Shown here in pieces: positions 14,110 through 26,074 of a stretch of DNA of 64,000 nucleotides (positions within the stretch are counted from its first letter, which is position 1; every line of letters begins with the position of its first letter). Under the pieces are notes generated by a model. The model did not search any database and was not told the DNA's origin. It was given only the letters and a program-made list of their open reading frames with translations. The stretch lies in contig NC_045696.1 of assembly GCF_009834535.1 (NCBI RefSeq), positions 85,376,001-85,440,000 of the forward strand, read 5' to 3'. Position numbers and translations under genes: made by a program. This DNA comes from Camelus ferus (Eukaryota).

Positions 14110-14322
14110 GCTTGACACTGTTCTCTCTCCCCTTGTCTTTCTTATGCAAACTTTACTTTGTTCAATCCCCCCACTGTGTCATCCATGGTGTCCACCCACT
14201 GTTTTAATCTTACAAGCTGGCTATCTCTGAACTCCTTAGTATCACATAAGAGAATGTCTACCTGCTTAAATTAGTACTAATCAAGGTTTCTGTTACTTGC
14301 AGTCAAACTCATTATTAACTCA
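14110..14322 (+). mobile_element. MLT1 (J/K-like) LTR fragments
   Basis: ggtttctgttacttgcagtcaaactcattattaact resembles the MLT1 3' terminus. Confidence 0.5.
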
Positions 14323-14719
14323 GCCAGCGGAAAATTTCCATCATATTTCCTATCATCTCTGCATGAACAGTATCAGTTACAAGTCCTACTATCTGACAAG
14401 GTGATTTGTTCTTTTCTAAAGATCAAATATTTTTTAAAGAGTGCTTATTCCATTAAAATTAAGTGAAATTTGATTGCTTTAATTTCCATTAAAAATAGCA
14501 CTGTAAATTCATGCTTTTCAAAGCCAACAATAGCTCTAAATTTTTAAAAGATGCATACACCATAAATTTTAAAGATACACACACCATAGACTGGCAATGC
14601 ATCTGAGCCCATAGAGTTTTAAATTTAGATACAGGTAGCAGTAATCTTGAGTCTATCAAAATCTTTGTGATATTTGAGAACCACCTGAGCTCATGGAATA
14701 CTGAAAAAGCAGGAAAGAA

Positions 14720-15812
14720 TACTATTATACCTTTATTCTTTCTATACACAAGTATAAACTTTCTGTAGATCATATATAAGAAGTAAAATTTCTTAGTATA
14801 GTTTACTTATTTTCAACATTGTTGAAAACTGCCAGTTGTGTTCCAAAGTTGTTTGTATGATTTACACTATAATCAATAGTGCTTAAGACTTCTCACTTCT
14901 CTATATATTTGTAAGTAATTCATTTTGTTATAGCTTTAATTTTTTTGCCCATATGATGGGTGTAAAAGTGTATCAAGCTGTTTTAATTTGCATCTCTTAT
15001 TACTAGTTGGGTTAAACAGCTCTTCATATGTTTACTAGACATTTGTATTTTATCTTCTTTGAAATACTTATACACATTCTTGCCGATTTCTTTACTGAGT
15101 ATTTTTTATTATTGATTTGTAAATATTCTGTAAATCTTATTGACATTAATATTTTCTCTATTAGATCTGTGGAAAATAATCTTTCCATTTATTCACATTT
15201 ACATATGTGATAGTTTGTTGTAAGATGTTTAATATTTTATATAATTAAATATAGTAATCATTTCCTTATGATTTGCTTTGTATCTTGCCTAGATATCATT
15301 TTTATCCTGAATTTCATAAGATAAATATGTTATTTAAATACTAGCAAGTATCTGTATATCATTTTGATGTTGATCCCAAATGGAATTTTTTAATGTCTAA
15401 TATGAGATAGGAGTCTATTTTTTTTTCTCCAGAAAGTAATTGCTTCAAGTAGTTTATTTAATGCAATTATTTCCTCACTGATTTTTTTTTTAAACCAAGT
15501 TCCCATATTTTTAATTGGAAAACAACTGGCAATGTTTACCAAGGGGGGGAATAATCATATGCAATGATTTATTGTGACAGTATCCCACCATCTTCAAATT
15601 CTTTTCTTTTTTAGGAGTCTTGAGCAATCTCGATCTAAACTTTCATTTTTTTTCAGAATTTTAGAATTAATTTATTAAGATTCCTACACCCAAAGGCTAT
15701 TGGGATTTTGATTATAGTTATATTATCATTATATTTTAACTTGGGGAAATTTGACATTTTTAATATTGAGTCTTAACATTCACAAGCATGAATATCTTTT
15801 CATTTATTCAAA
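14720..15812 (-). mobile_element. Old L1M (L1MC/ME-like) ORF2/3' fragment
   Basis: aactgccagttgtgttccaaagttgtttgta...gttttaatttgcatctc...attgggattttgatt...tgacatttttaatattgagtctt. Confidence 0.8.
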
Positions 15813-15844
15813 TCTGAATGGTGTCTGTATGAGGCAGAATTAAG

Positions 15845-15950
15845 CAGATGTTGATGGTTTGGGGATGGAGCTGTGTTCACGAGGTTTCATTACACTATTT
15901 CCACTATTTTTGCATATGTTCAAAAATTTCTCCATAAACGAAAAGGAAAA
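15845..15950 (+). mobile_element. L1MC/ME 3' terminus
   Basis: ggtttcattacactatttccactatttttgcatatgttcaaaaatttc followed by A-rich end. Confidence 0.6.
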
Positions 15951-17339
15951 AGCCAATATGGCTTAGTAGATGTCTTTGTGGCATTCATATAAGAATACAT
16001 ATTATATTCAATGGTCTGTATGTTACTGATTTAAGAGTTGTTGGAGAAAAATTCTGAACAGAAGACATTATATAAAAGGGTAACATTTTAAAGCAAAAGG
16101 AAGAAAATGTAAGATAATTTATGGCTATCAGAAAAGACTAGAATGAAAATTAATATTGAGAGAGATTTGTATGAGAAATGCTCAGTTTTATCACAGTATC
16201 AGGTATGATTAGAAATGTAACAGATGTAATGAGAAACACATTTTAACAGCAATAAGGAAATCATCTAGAAAGGAAGTCTTTTGGGGTGAATGGAAGTGCA
16301 AAAATCTCATCCAGACTTCAAGTATAATATCAAGCATTGTTTCTCTTTGGAAATCATTTCTGTTGTTTCAGAATAATATAACTAATTAAACCTCCCATCC
16401 CTGGTCTTTCACAATCACATAGCTCAGTTTATGTATCCATCAAACACTTACAGTATTAAAACCATTGTTTACTTTTTAATCCAGAAACTTCTTTCTAGAA
16501 TAAATAATGTTTTATCTGCTTTGTGTCTGCTATATACATTATGGCATCAAGCACAAACTAAACCAATAATTATTCAATAGGTCAACCCGGTATCTCTAGA
16601 AGTGGCAGTAAACATGTTTTGAAATAAATTAGCAATACTTTATTATTAAATAATTATTTATTTCATGATGAAGTTAGCTTGGGGAATTTTTGTACCATTA
16701 ACTTTCCTATATTACCTTATCGATTTAGTTCTCAGACCAAAATACATGCCCGAACATATGTTATTGCTGGTTTTAAGAGGAAGTTATACCAAAGATATTA
16801 TCTATAATGATACTTGCATGTAAAATTTTTTCTAAAACAAAATAGAAATGAAAACTTGGTTAAAAGTTTGTCCTATATCAGATTAATCACAAAGGTATTT
16901 CTTCTGAGAATGAAGCTCAAAGAAATCAAACAGCCTTCATTCAAACATAAATCCATATATAGAGAGACGTGTGGATATAAACTAAGGAATTATGATTCTT
17001 TTGTTAATGAAAATGAAATGACATAGAATATTTTAAGTGGAACTGACAATATGAAAAATGTTGATAGCAACTTTGAAGAGAATTTTTGAAAGCAAAATAA
17101 CTTTGGTGATGGCTTCTTTCATCTTTGTTTCATTAAATCATTGTTGCAGAAAGACTGACAACTTTTATATTATAAAAGAATTCCTTTAAATCAATTTTAC
17201 TTCAATTTTATTTAAAAGAACCAAATTACCAAAGTTAAGTTTCTGAAAAAATAACACATTCATATAATTAAAAATGTAAAAAGGATGAAAAATGAGGTAT
17301 GCAGAGAAATTCTCCCTTGTACTCCTAAGTCCCATGTAT

Positions 17340-19030
17340 TAAATTCTCTTCCAAAATGGCAATACAGTTTAATAGTTTTTTTTTTTGCATATGATTCCTG
17401 ATATATATTCTTCCCTCTGGGTCTGTTTCTGGAAGAAAATTCTCTAAGAGAAGTTTTCATAGCAGATACTGAAATTATTTTCAAAAAATTTTCTAATACT
17501 ACTAGATTTTCAATTTTTTTCTAATACAATTATAAATTATAAGTCATTTTTAAAATGCCATATTCTAATTTTTTGGCTGATGTATTAGTTTGGCTACCTA
17601 ACAAAATATCACAGACTGAGTGAATTAAATAACAAAGATCCAGATATTGGCTGTTTTGGTTTCCCCTGAGGCCTCTCTCCTTTGCTGTGAAACGGCTGCC
17701 TTCTCTCCTGGTCCTCACATGGCCTTTCCTCTGTGTGTGCATCCCTGGTGTCTGTCCCCCTTCTTATAAGGACATCAGTCATATTGGATTAGGTCTCCAT
17801 CCTAATGACCACATTTAAACTTACATTACCTCTTTAAAGGGCTCATTTCCAAATATATCCTCATTGGGGTTTGGGGCTTCAACACAAGAACTTAAGGGCA
17901 ACATAATTCAGTCCATAAAAGCTGATATATAGAAATTCTTTTTTTTTTGGTATATTGACCTTGTATTAAAGAAACTTAACAATTAACTTATTTCTAATAG
18001 TTTACCTTTGCTTTTATTCCCCATGTAAGAATTTGTCATCTCAAATAGTGACAGTCTTTATTTCCAATTACTTAAGCTAGTATTTTCTTTGCCTTACTGC
18101 ACAGGTAAGGATCCTTAGAATAGTGACACATAGAGGATAAGTGGAGGTAGCCTTGTCTTGATTCCTATCTCAAAGAAAGCTTTCAGCATTTCACACTTAA
18201 GACTGCTTTATATCTATTTTATCAGAATAATAATCATTCACTCCTTGTTTGGTAAGTTTTTTATCTTGAATGAATATTGAATTTTGCTAAAGAATTTTCC
18301 TGAATGAAGAACAGATGTCTTCATATATTTTGTTAATATGATAAATAACATTAGCTGGCATTTAAATATTAAAACTCACCTTCTTTTCTGTAATAAACCC
18401 TATCACTTGTATGTATATATATATTTTTTTTACATTTATCTGAATTTTTAAAAATTTACTCTACTTGGAACTTGACAGGTACTTATTTTTGGCTTGGTAT
18501 ATATATATTTCAATTCTCAAATAAATAACTTCAAATCTTGCTTTGGCTCATTCTTTTTCTCTTCTCCTTTTATAATTCTCACTGTATTCTCTTTATATTT
18601 TAGTCTCTCTTGTTCTATATTTTAATCATGTGTTTCTTTGTCATCTATTCTAGGTATTTTCTTTTAACCTAATTTTTAGCTTACTATTTTTTCCTTAGCT
18701 GCGTCTAATTTTTTAAACCTATGTGTTAATTTTAAACCTTAATTTTTAAACCTTAATTTCCTTTATTATATTTATTGGCTCTAGAATTTCAATTATGTTC
18801 TTTTTTAAAAATAATTCTCAGTTCTCTGCTAGTATTATTACTTATGTTTTTTAGTGTCTGCCACTGATAACTCCATTATTTGTAGATCTCTTATTTTCAG
18901 TTGTTTCTGCTGATCTTGTTCATGTTTTACCTCCATGTTTATCTAATTGTTTTTATTGGGTACTCAGTGTTGCACCTGCAAAAATGTTTGAATGAAAAAC
19001 TTGACACCTACGATGAAGTAAAATTTCTCT
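17340..19030 (-). mobile_element. Old L1M fragments interrupted by MLT1A
   Basis: tatatagaaattc...tatattgaccttgtatt...ccttgtcttgattcctatctcaaagaaagctttcagcatttcac...gaatattgaattttg. Confidence 0.7.
17581..17920 (-). mobile_element. MLT1A/A0 MaLR solo LTR
   Basis: tgtattagttt...gaggcctctctcctt...cttcttataaggacatcagtcatattggattagg...ataattcagtccataaaa; perfect 5-bp TSD GCTGA (17576-17580, 17921-17925). Confidence 0.92.
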
Positions 19031-20099
19031 AAAGAGATATATTTTCTGCCAAGTGCTTGGGTCACTATCAATTTAGGACTATTATAATGGAATTTCTGGG
19101 ATTGAGATGATTTAAAATTGGAATGTAATCTTCAGTGAATTTTCTTTACCACCACTAAATTAGATCCCTTGGGGGTTTATGCACAGAGTAAGGATTGTTC
19201 ACCTGGCATCCCTCTTGATATGTGCTAGAGTCCTTGTTCTGCCCCTGTAGCTGCAAAAAGCCGTTCCAGTGTGCTCTTCAGCATCTCAGCCACGATATCT
19301 GGAATCAACAAATGGCTTTTAGAGAAAAGGGACTCTGAATACAGTGCACACATCCCTGGAACACCATCCTTCCCCAGAAGAATGGCCCAGCTTTTCTTTA
19401 TTCTTGTTACCTCTCATGTACTTCTAGGAAGATCTTTATTTGTTTGATTTTTTTTTCCGTCCAAATGTTATATTACCTTCAGTAAGGAAAGTTCAGAAGG
19501 TACGTTGACTATTAATGAGTGGGAATAATTTTTAACTATTAAAATCCAAGCAGAAATATTTAGGTATAATATGCTTTGCTTTTGTCCAGTGGTGACACTA
19601 TCTTATAATAAATATTGTTATATCATTGTTCATTTAATTCTTATCCCCAACCCCACTTATTTTTCTAGACTCCTTTTTTGCAGGAAGTTTATGTCAGCAG
19701 TGTAGGAAGGAGTTTGAGGCTAAATGGAGATTTTCCTATGATGAAGGATTTTGAATTTGAGTTTTTTGAGCTTTCACTCTTTGTCAGTGATAACAGGTGA
19801 CAGTATATAGTTCTTTCTCTCACCCCTTCATGCAAGGATTTTTTTCTTCCATTCTCACAGAGCAAACTGTCTTCTATGATTATAGTTGTATATGTAATGT
19901 CTCATTTCATCCTGTCTCCTCTGCTTTTAGACAATTTCTTCTTGATGCTATTGTTGCAGTGCAAATATTTAGTTTTTTTATCCTACCTTAAATATTTTGC
20001 TTTATCTTCAAAGAGTAATTTTTGCTGGATTTCCTGAGATGCAGGGATGGCATTATCTGTTGTATATATCTTTTATTTACTTCCACCTGTATGCCTTAC

Positions 20100-20230
20100 C
20101 TGAGAAATATTCACTGCTGTGAACATTCTTTCCATCCATTTGGGTTTTGAGTGTTAGCTCCTCCTGCTTTGTCTAGATACAGAGTTTGCGTGTTTCTTTC
20201 TCATAAATGTTGTGACTGTTGGATGAGTTC
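20100..20230 (-). other. Candidate non-coding exon (131 nt)
   Basis: Minus strand ttgtttcctccattatttttcag| ... CAG|GTAAGG; stops in all three frames. Confidence 0.3.
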
Positions 20231-20978
20231 CTGAAAAATAATGGAGGAAACAATTTCTAGAATACTGAAGTTTTGTCATTATACGCAATGTACACTTTTA
20301 AGAAGTGATGCCATCCTGAGTAGGCAATTTACAGAAAAAAATACAATAAGTTAATAAATAAAACAATAAACATATAATTGTTATATACTTGAAACTAATG
20401 ATCAGAAATTTAATATTTGTAATTACATACTTAGATAAATCATTAATCTAAATAGTTTTTTGAACTGTAAAGTGCTTTGGAAGGACCTGATAATTTCTAA
20501 AGTCATTTCTGTTCTAAATATTTAGGACTTCATCTAAGTCTAGCTTGCCAAAGCTTAGTTACAGTAAGACAAATTTTCCTAACAAATTCTTCCTTTAGAT
20601 TAGTGAATTTTTATTATATAAATATTTTTATATAATATAGGTGTATTTTTATGTTAAAAAAATTAAACTTCTATCACATTTCTTTAAAAACTCTTAATTT
20701 ATAATGGCAAAATGATAACTTCCAAAAATTATAACTTATAATTGTGGCTAAATGTTTCAAACTGTTTTAATATGAAAATATAACATTTTTTCTTTGCTAT
20801 ATTAAAAGAATGGAACATAAAATTTCTTCTCACTTCTAAAGAAATTTTAAATATTAAACTTTCCCTTTCTTCAAGAAAAGAACTGGTTTTAGGCCTGTTG
20901 CTGTTTCTAAATCTAGATTTAATAGGTCATAAATGTCTCTTACCAGATAAGAAGAAAAAATATTTTTAGAAGAGGTAA

Positions 20979-21534
20979 TGTAACAGAGAAGGACAAACCT
21001 GACTCCATGTTGGATCTATTCCTTTAAGCTCTAAACTTTGTTCTCAGTTGCCTGTACTTTGTCATGCTGGCTCTGCACCTTTGTAAAGGAATGTTGCCTA
21101 TAGCCTGAAATATACATCATAACCTTTTCTCAAGGCTCTGCCTGCCAGTCTTGACCTTTAAAGGTATAACACTTTTCATTCACATAGAGATAAAAAGTTG
21201 TAGAACAGAGAATAACACTTGTCTTGTTGAAGGTTTACAGGAACATTGTGACCAGACCTTCATGGACAGCTGTAAGAACTAAGAATTATGACATTCCCTC
21301 CAGGGTCTGAAACAGAACCAAGAAGTTTGCAACAATCAGCCATACCCTCTCCCCTTTTAGTATAAAAGGAGCCTGAATTCTAACTTGGATAAGATAATTC
21401 TTTGAGATACTAGTCATCTTCTTGGTTTGCTAGCTTTCTGAATAAAGTTGCTGTTCTTTGCCTCAACACTTCATCTGTGTTTTGATTTATCAGCCTGTTG
21501 TGCAGCAAGCAGTACAAGCTTGGACTAGGTAACA
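20979..21534 (+). mobile_element. MER41-like ERV1 solo LTR
   Basis: TG...CA ends (tgtaac...ggtaaca), TATAAAA at 21361, AATAAA at 21441, 3' end gcaagcagtacaagcttggactaggtaaca typical of MER41; perfect 4-bp TSD GTAA (20975-20978, 21535-21538). Confidence 0.9.
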
Positions 21535-22274
21535 GTAAGAGGTATGGCTCTTCTGGGAAGCAATAAAGAAGGAATGATTTCCCCTAGGACAGAAGTAGGT
21601 CATGGAATTGGGGAAAGAGCTATCAAGACTGCAGGCTGATCCTGGTGAAGTCTGATAGTACTCAGAGCCCAGAATGAGCTGAGTGAGTGGACCAAGGAGG
21701 GCCACTGTGAAGAACCTTATGGGAGAGCCCTAAAGCCCTACTGGAATGGAAACGTGCCTCAAACAATTCTGTCTCATTGCCTTAGCCCATAACATTACTT
21801 TCACCTCCAACTGGTCATTATAAAGACCCACTGAATAAAGAATCCACTTACTATAGCATATTTTCCGAATAACTTTACTAACACATTTACTCAGATTGAA
21901 TAAAATTTAAATGTACAAATTAAATCAGGACACTGGCACTTTCAAGATTATTGCCTACGGATCATGCATAATAGTAATTTATTCAGTACATTATTACTTT
22001 TTCAAACAATTAAGCTCATGATCTTATTTACCCTCATAATAAAAACGGACAACGAAGTGCAATTGAAAAATTCTGGCCTAAGACTCAAAAATCTAAGGCC
22101 CAATTTGGCTTTGCTTCCAAAATAACTTAACCTTATTGTGAATAGTCACTTAATTTGAGTATGTATCAAGAGTTAGAATGTAGTTCTGTTCTTTTTTTTT
22201 ATGTCCAACATTAAATCCCACTTATTTGATAAAAATACCATTTCCCTTAATTTAGTAAGAGTTTATACTTTTCA

Positions 22275-22661
22275 CATGAGACAAGTCCTTCCACTAGCTC
22301 AGGAGATGAGGTCATTGCCTGGATGTCACTGATTTATTCATGAATGGACATACAAACCAATTATGATCAGTAACAGTAATATCTGGGATTTTTGTTAGAG
22401 CTGTAGAAAAGAGGTGTTCTTTCCCCTGAGATTACTAAACTGCTAGAATATAAGCCTGGAGGTCTGAAAGTCCTCATGTAGACAGCCTACCAGTAAACAA
22501 GACCAATGAGAGGAAAACAGAATAAATACTGATAAAGACAGGACCTTTTGATTCAAGATGAGTTCCCGTATTCAACCATGTTTGCCCAGTAAATTATTTT
22601 TTTAAGGCCAGTTTGAGTTGTAATTCTGACATTTGCAGGAGGACAGGTCATGACTTACACA
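22275..22661 (+). mobile_element. MLT1J/K-like LTR
   Basis: ctgggatttttgttagagctg...ataagcctggag...aggccagtttgagttg...gtcatgacttacaca. Confidence 0.65.
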
Positions 22662-22787
22662 CTATCTTCAACTATAAAATCACAGAAGTAACTAGATGAT
22701 GATTTTCAAAGTTAAATCACTGTGATGCAAACCTTGAGGAAATAAACAAATACAGAATCTAATTTTTGTTAAGTACAGATTTTTTTT

Positions 22788-22868
22788 TTCACTGCTTGGT
22801 TCAGCACCAAGAACAGTACCTGGCACACAATAAATGCTCAATACATAGTTGTTGAATAAATGAATGGA
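22788..22868 (+). mobile_element. L2 3' tail
   Basis: agaacagtacctggcacacaataaatgctcaatacatagttgttgaataaatgaat. Confidence 0.8.
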
Positions 22869-24583
22869 TTTTCATTTTAGGACAGGGCAGTTATTCTCTA
22901 ATTCTTTCCCCCTTATCAGTCTACTAGAATAAGAAAATACAATATCATTTATTTGCAGTTGAGTGTGGTACTAAAATAAATCTTATCTTTATTTGGTTAT
23001 CAAGCAGTTTGGGGGTCCTGGGGTTCATTCCTATCTTCATGAAATTGAAAAATATACGCGACTTTCTATTCTTCTTACTGATGTAGCTGACTCTGAATAG
23101 AGTTATCATATCTATGAAGATATAAAACACCTATTTTACCACAATTATATCTTTATTTTCACACATTTTTTCATAGGGTTAATTATGCATGAATAATTCT
23201 ATGGTTATAAAATATCGGATCAATTACTACGTGCTAGGAATTGGGCTATTGCAATATGTTATAGTCAAAAGAGCAAAATGACTCAATTTCTTTCTCCATT
23301 ATATATGAACAGTAAGTTTACTTAATGGGATTTATGAAGATAAAAATATAAAACTATAGCTGTACATGTGAAAATGCACTGTAAACTACAAAAATTAATA
23401 TACACATCTAAGGTGTTTCTTAAAGGCAACCCAAACTAGGACTTAAAATTGAGTCATATTTCATGAACATGTGCCGTTGCACTGTTCCAAGCAGGATCAT
23501 TTCTGTAGAATACAGTGTGAACGTAGACTATGGTAGAAATGTACAATTTTGTAGACTGCTCCCCCTAGAACACAACTCAAGAAAGCATCATTCATAGGAA
23601 TAATACAAAATTGCTGTCCTGGGTCACATCAGTGACAATTGCCCATTTTCCTCATCTTACTATCACGGCACTTCAGCTCCTATTAAAGTATCCTACAACA
23701 TATGTATATTCCAAAAGGTTCCTTTATATATGTTGGTGGATAAATCTTATAACCACATGGAATTCCGCCCTGTTTTTCATATCCTGATTCAGCTTCCCAC
23801 AGGGATGTCTGTTGCCAAGACCACTTTTTTTAAAAACTGTAAGGAAGTACATTGACTCATACTCTGTTCCCCAAGGCTGAACTGTCTCTGCCAGGCATAG
23901 GCATAACTTTTACCAGTCTCTATCACTGTCACTAGCACTGTCGCCTTTGCTGGGCAGTATTGCTGCCGCTTCCTGTGCTAGGAACTTCCATCCCTGTTGA
24001 GATGGATATCTAAGAGCCAGTGTGGCTCTTGTAGTTGAAGAAGAATAAAAACAATTAGCTTGAGCCTTTTATTAAAATCTGGAAGCATGAGGAAAGCTCA
24101 TGACTGTCTTATGAAGAGCAAGAAGCATAAAAATTTTGTAAGAAAAATTGAAGATGGTCAGGCAAAATAGTTTTTTCAGAGAATTTTCCTTGTTCAAATT
24201 CTTGAAAGGTATAAAGAAACTGAGGTTAAGTTAATCATGGAACAAGATACAGGGACAACAGGACTGAAGGTGTGATCAACCGGGCTTAGGAATAGGCATG
24301 GAGAAGAACAGTTGGGTGCTCAGTTCTTGTTAGTGTAGGTAGAAATTTTTATTCCTTCAGCATCTTTAACATTGAACCCAATGGGTTCCCCATGGGTATA
24401 TGTTCAATGCAGAAGTGAAGAATGCTTTTCTCACTTTTACTATGTTTTATCACAGGGTTATTATAGTGCCTCCTAGTCTACATCTTGTAAACCCTCCAGA
24501 GGAATTAGACATAAACCTATGGGTATCTAGGTCAGGGACTAATTTTTTGACAAGTATAACATTGTACTTAGAATCAGCTTTCC

Positions 24584-24979
24584 TGTTATGAGCTGAACTG
24601 CATCTTCCCCAAATTCATATGCTGTAGTTCTAAAATCACTCCCTTTTAGTACCTCAGATGTGACTGTTTTTGGAGATAGGACTTTTAAAGAGGTATTTTG
24701 GTAAAAAATCAAGTTACTGCGATGGGCCCTATTCCAACATGATGGAAGTCCTTATAAGAAAAGGAAATTTGGACACAAATATACAGAGGGAAGACCACAT
24801 GAAGACAAAAAGGAGATGATCCTTTATAAGCCAAGGAGAGAGGCCTTAGAAGGCATCAATCGTGCAGGCACCTTGATCTCAAATTTCCAGCCTCCAGAAT
24901 TGTGAGAAAATAAAATTTCTGTTGTATAAGCCATCCAGAATGTGTTACTTTGTTATGGCAGCCTTAGCAAACTAATACA
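24584..24979 (+). mobile_element. MLT1B MaLR solo LTR
   Basis: tgttatgagctgaactg...ggagataggacttttaaagagg...ccagcctccagaattgtgagaaaataaa...gcagccttagcaaactaataca; ~396 bp. Confidence 0.92.
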
Positions 24980-25799
24980 TTGACCTTCTGCTAGGTAAAG
25001 TTTTGTTACTGGTAAGGTCTGTTCCCATGTCCCCATCATCCCTTAAAATAATTTCTCCCTCAAAAGCCTTCCTAGTCCTCTGCCACAGGAATCCTGCTAC
25101 AAATCCAGCTGGTCTGAATCTCAGGGTTAGATTCAGCTCAAGCCTGAGATGAGGAACATACTCTCTTTTCAATCCAAACCCTTTTATTATACTTTTAACA
25201 AATGGCCACAGCACTATTGTTGGCCACATCATCATAACAGATAATGTTTAGAAGGTAAGAATTACTCCTTTTAGAAGGTAAGAATTACTTTGCTATAAAT
25301 CAGCTTATCACTGAGGTTCACAGACATGAACTAATATAGAGGAAAGGGCAAACTCCACTTAAATGAGAGAGTAATGCATTTGTTCAGCCACCTCCACTTT
25401 GTAATAACAGCTTTAGGAGAACCTCCCTATTGCTCTTCTGTTTGCAAATTTTGGTCAATACCTGGAGTAATGGTCTTGTCATTAGGCTCACTTAAACATA
25501 AAAGCTTTGTGGTGTCAGAGAGAACTCTCATTGAAAAAGAAATTGACTATATGGCACACTTGAATGTGCCTGTACTTCTAAATAGATGTGTAAGCTCACC
25601 CTAATTGATGACCCATTGGGCAACATCTTGCAGGGTTGAAGAAGAAAATTAAGTACACATAGATTGCACACTGATAATTGGTGAATGCTCTTTTCTTTGC
25701 TCAGTGTGATTTAATATCTTGTAATATGTTAGAATAATTCATTTTTCTCTCATTATAAATTAATAGGTAGACTATAAATACGGAAGTCAAACAGAAATG

Positions 25800-25980
25800 A
25801 ATTTAAATACTGATGCTCCTGTTTAATACTGTAAGACCACCGCCCACACACCATACAGATTAGAATCTCCTAATCTGTAAACTAGGGGTAATAATGATGT
25901 CTATTCCATGGTAGCTGTGAAAATTATTAATGCATAGTGCCTGGAAATTCGGAAATGTTCAATACATGTTAGTTGCTTTC
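25800..25980 (+). mobile_element. MIR SINE
   Basis: ctcctaatctgtaaactaggggtaataat...catagtgcctgg...ttcaatacatgttag. Confidence 0.65.
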
Positions 25981-26074
25981 AATAATGTTAGTCAGCAATG
26001 GCAAACATTTTGGTATTACAATAAAATTAAACTGAATATAAAAAGGTGCTTGTACTACATATTTTCTTTGAGAG

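Noticed and set aside
23915..24030. Minus-strand GWKFLAQEAAA resembling the OAS W..LAQEA motif
   Set aside because: Upstream ILDPADPT and downstream cysteine context are missing; donor weak
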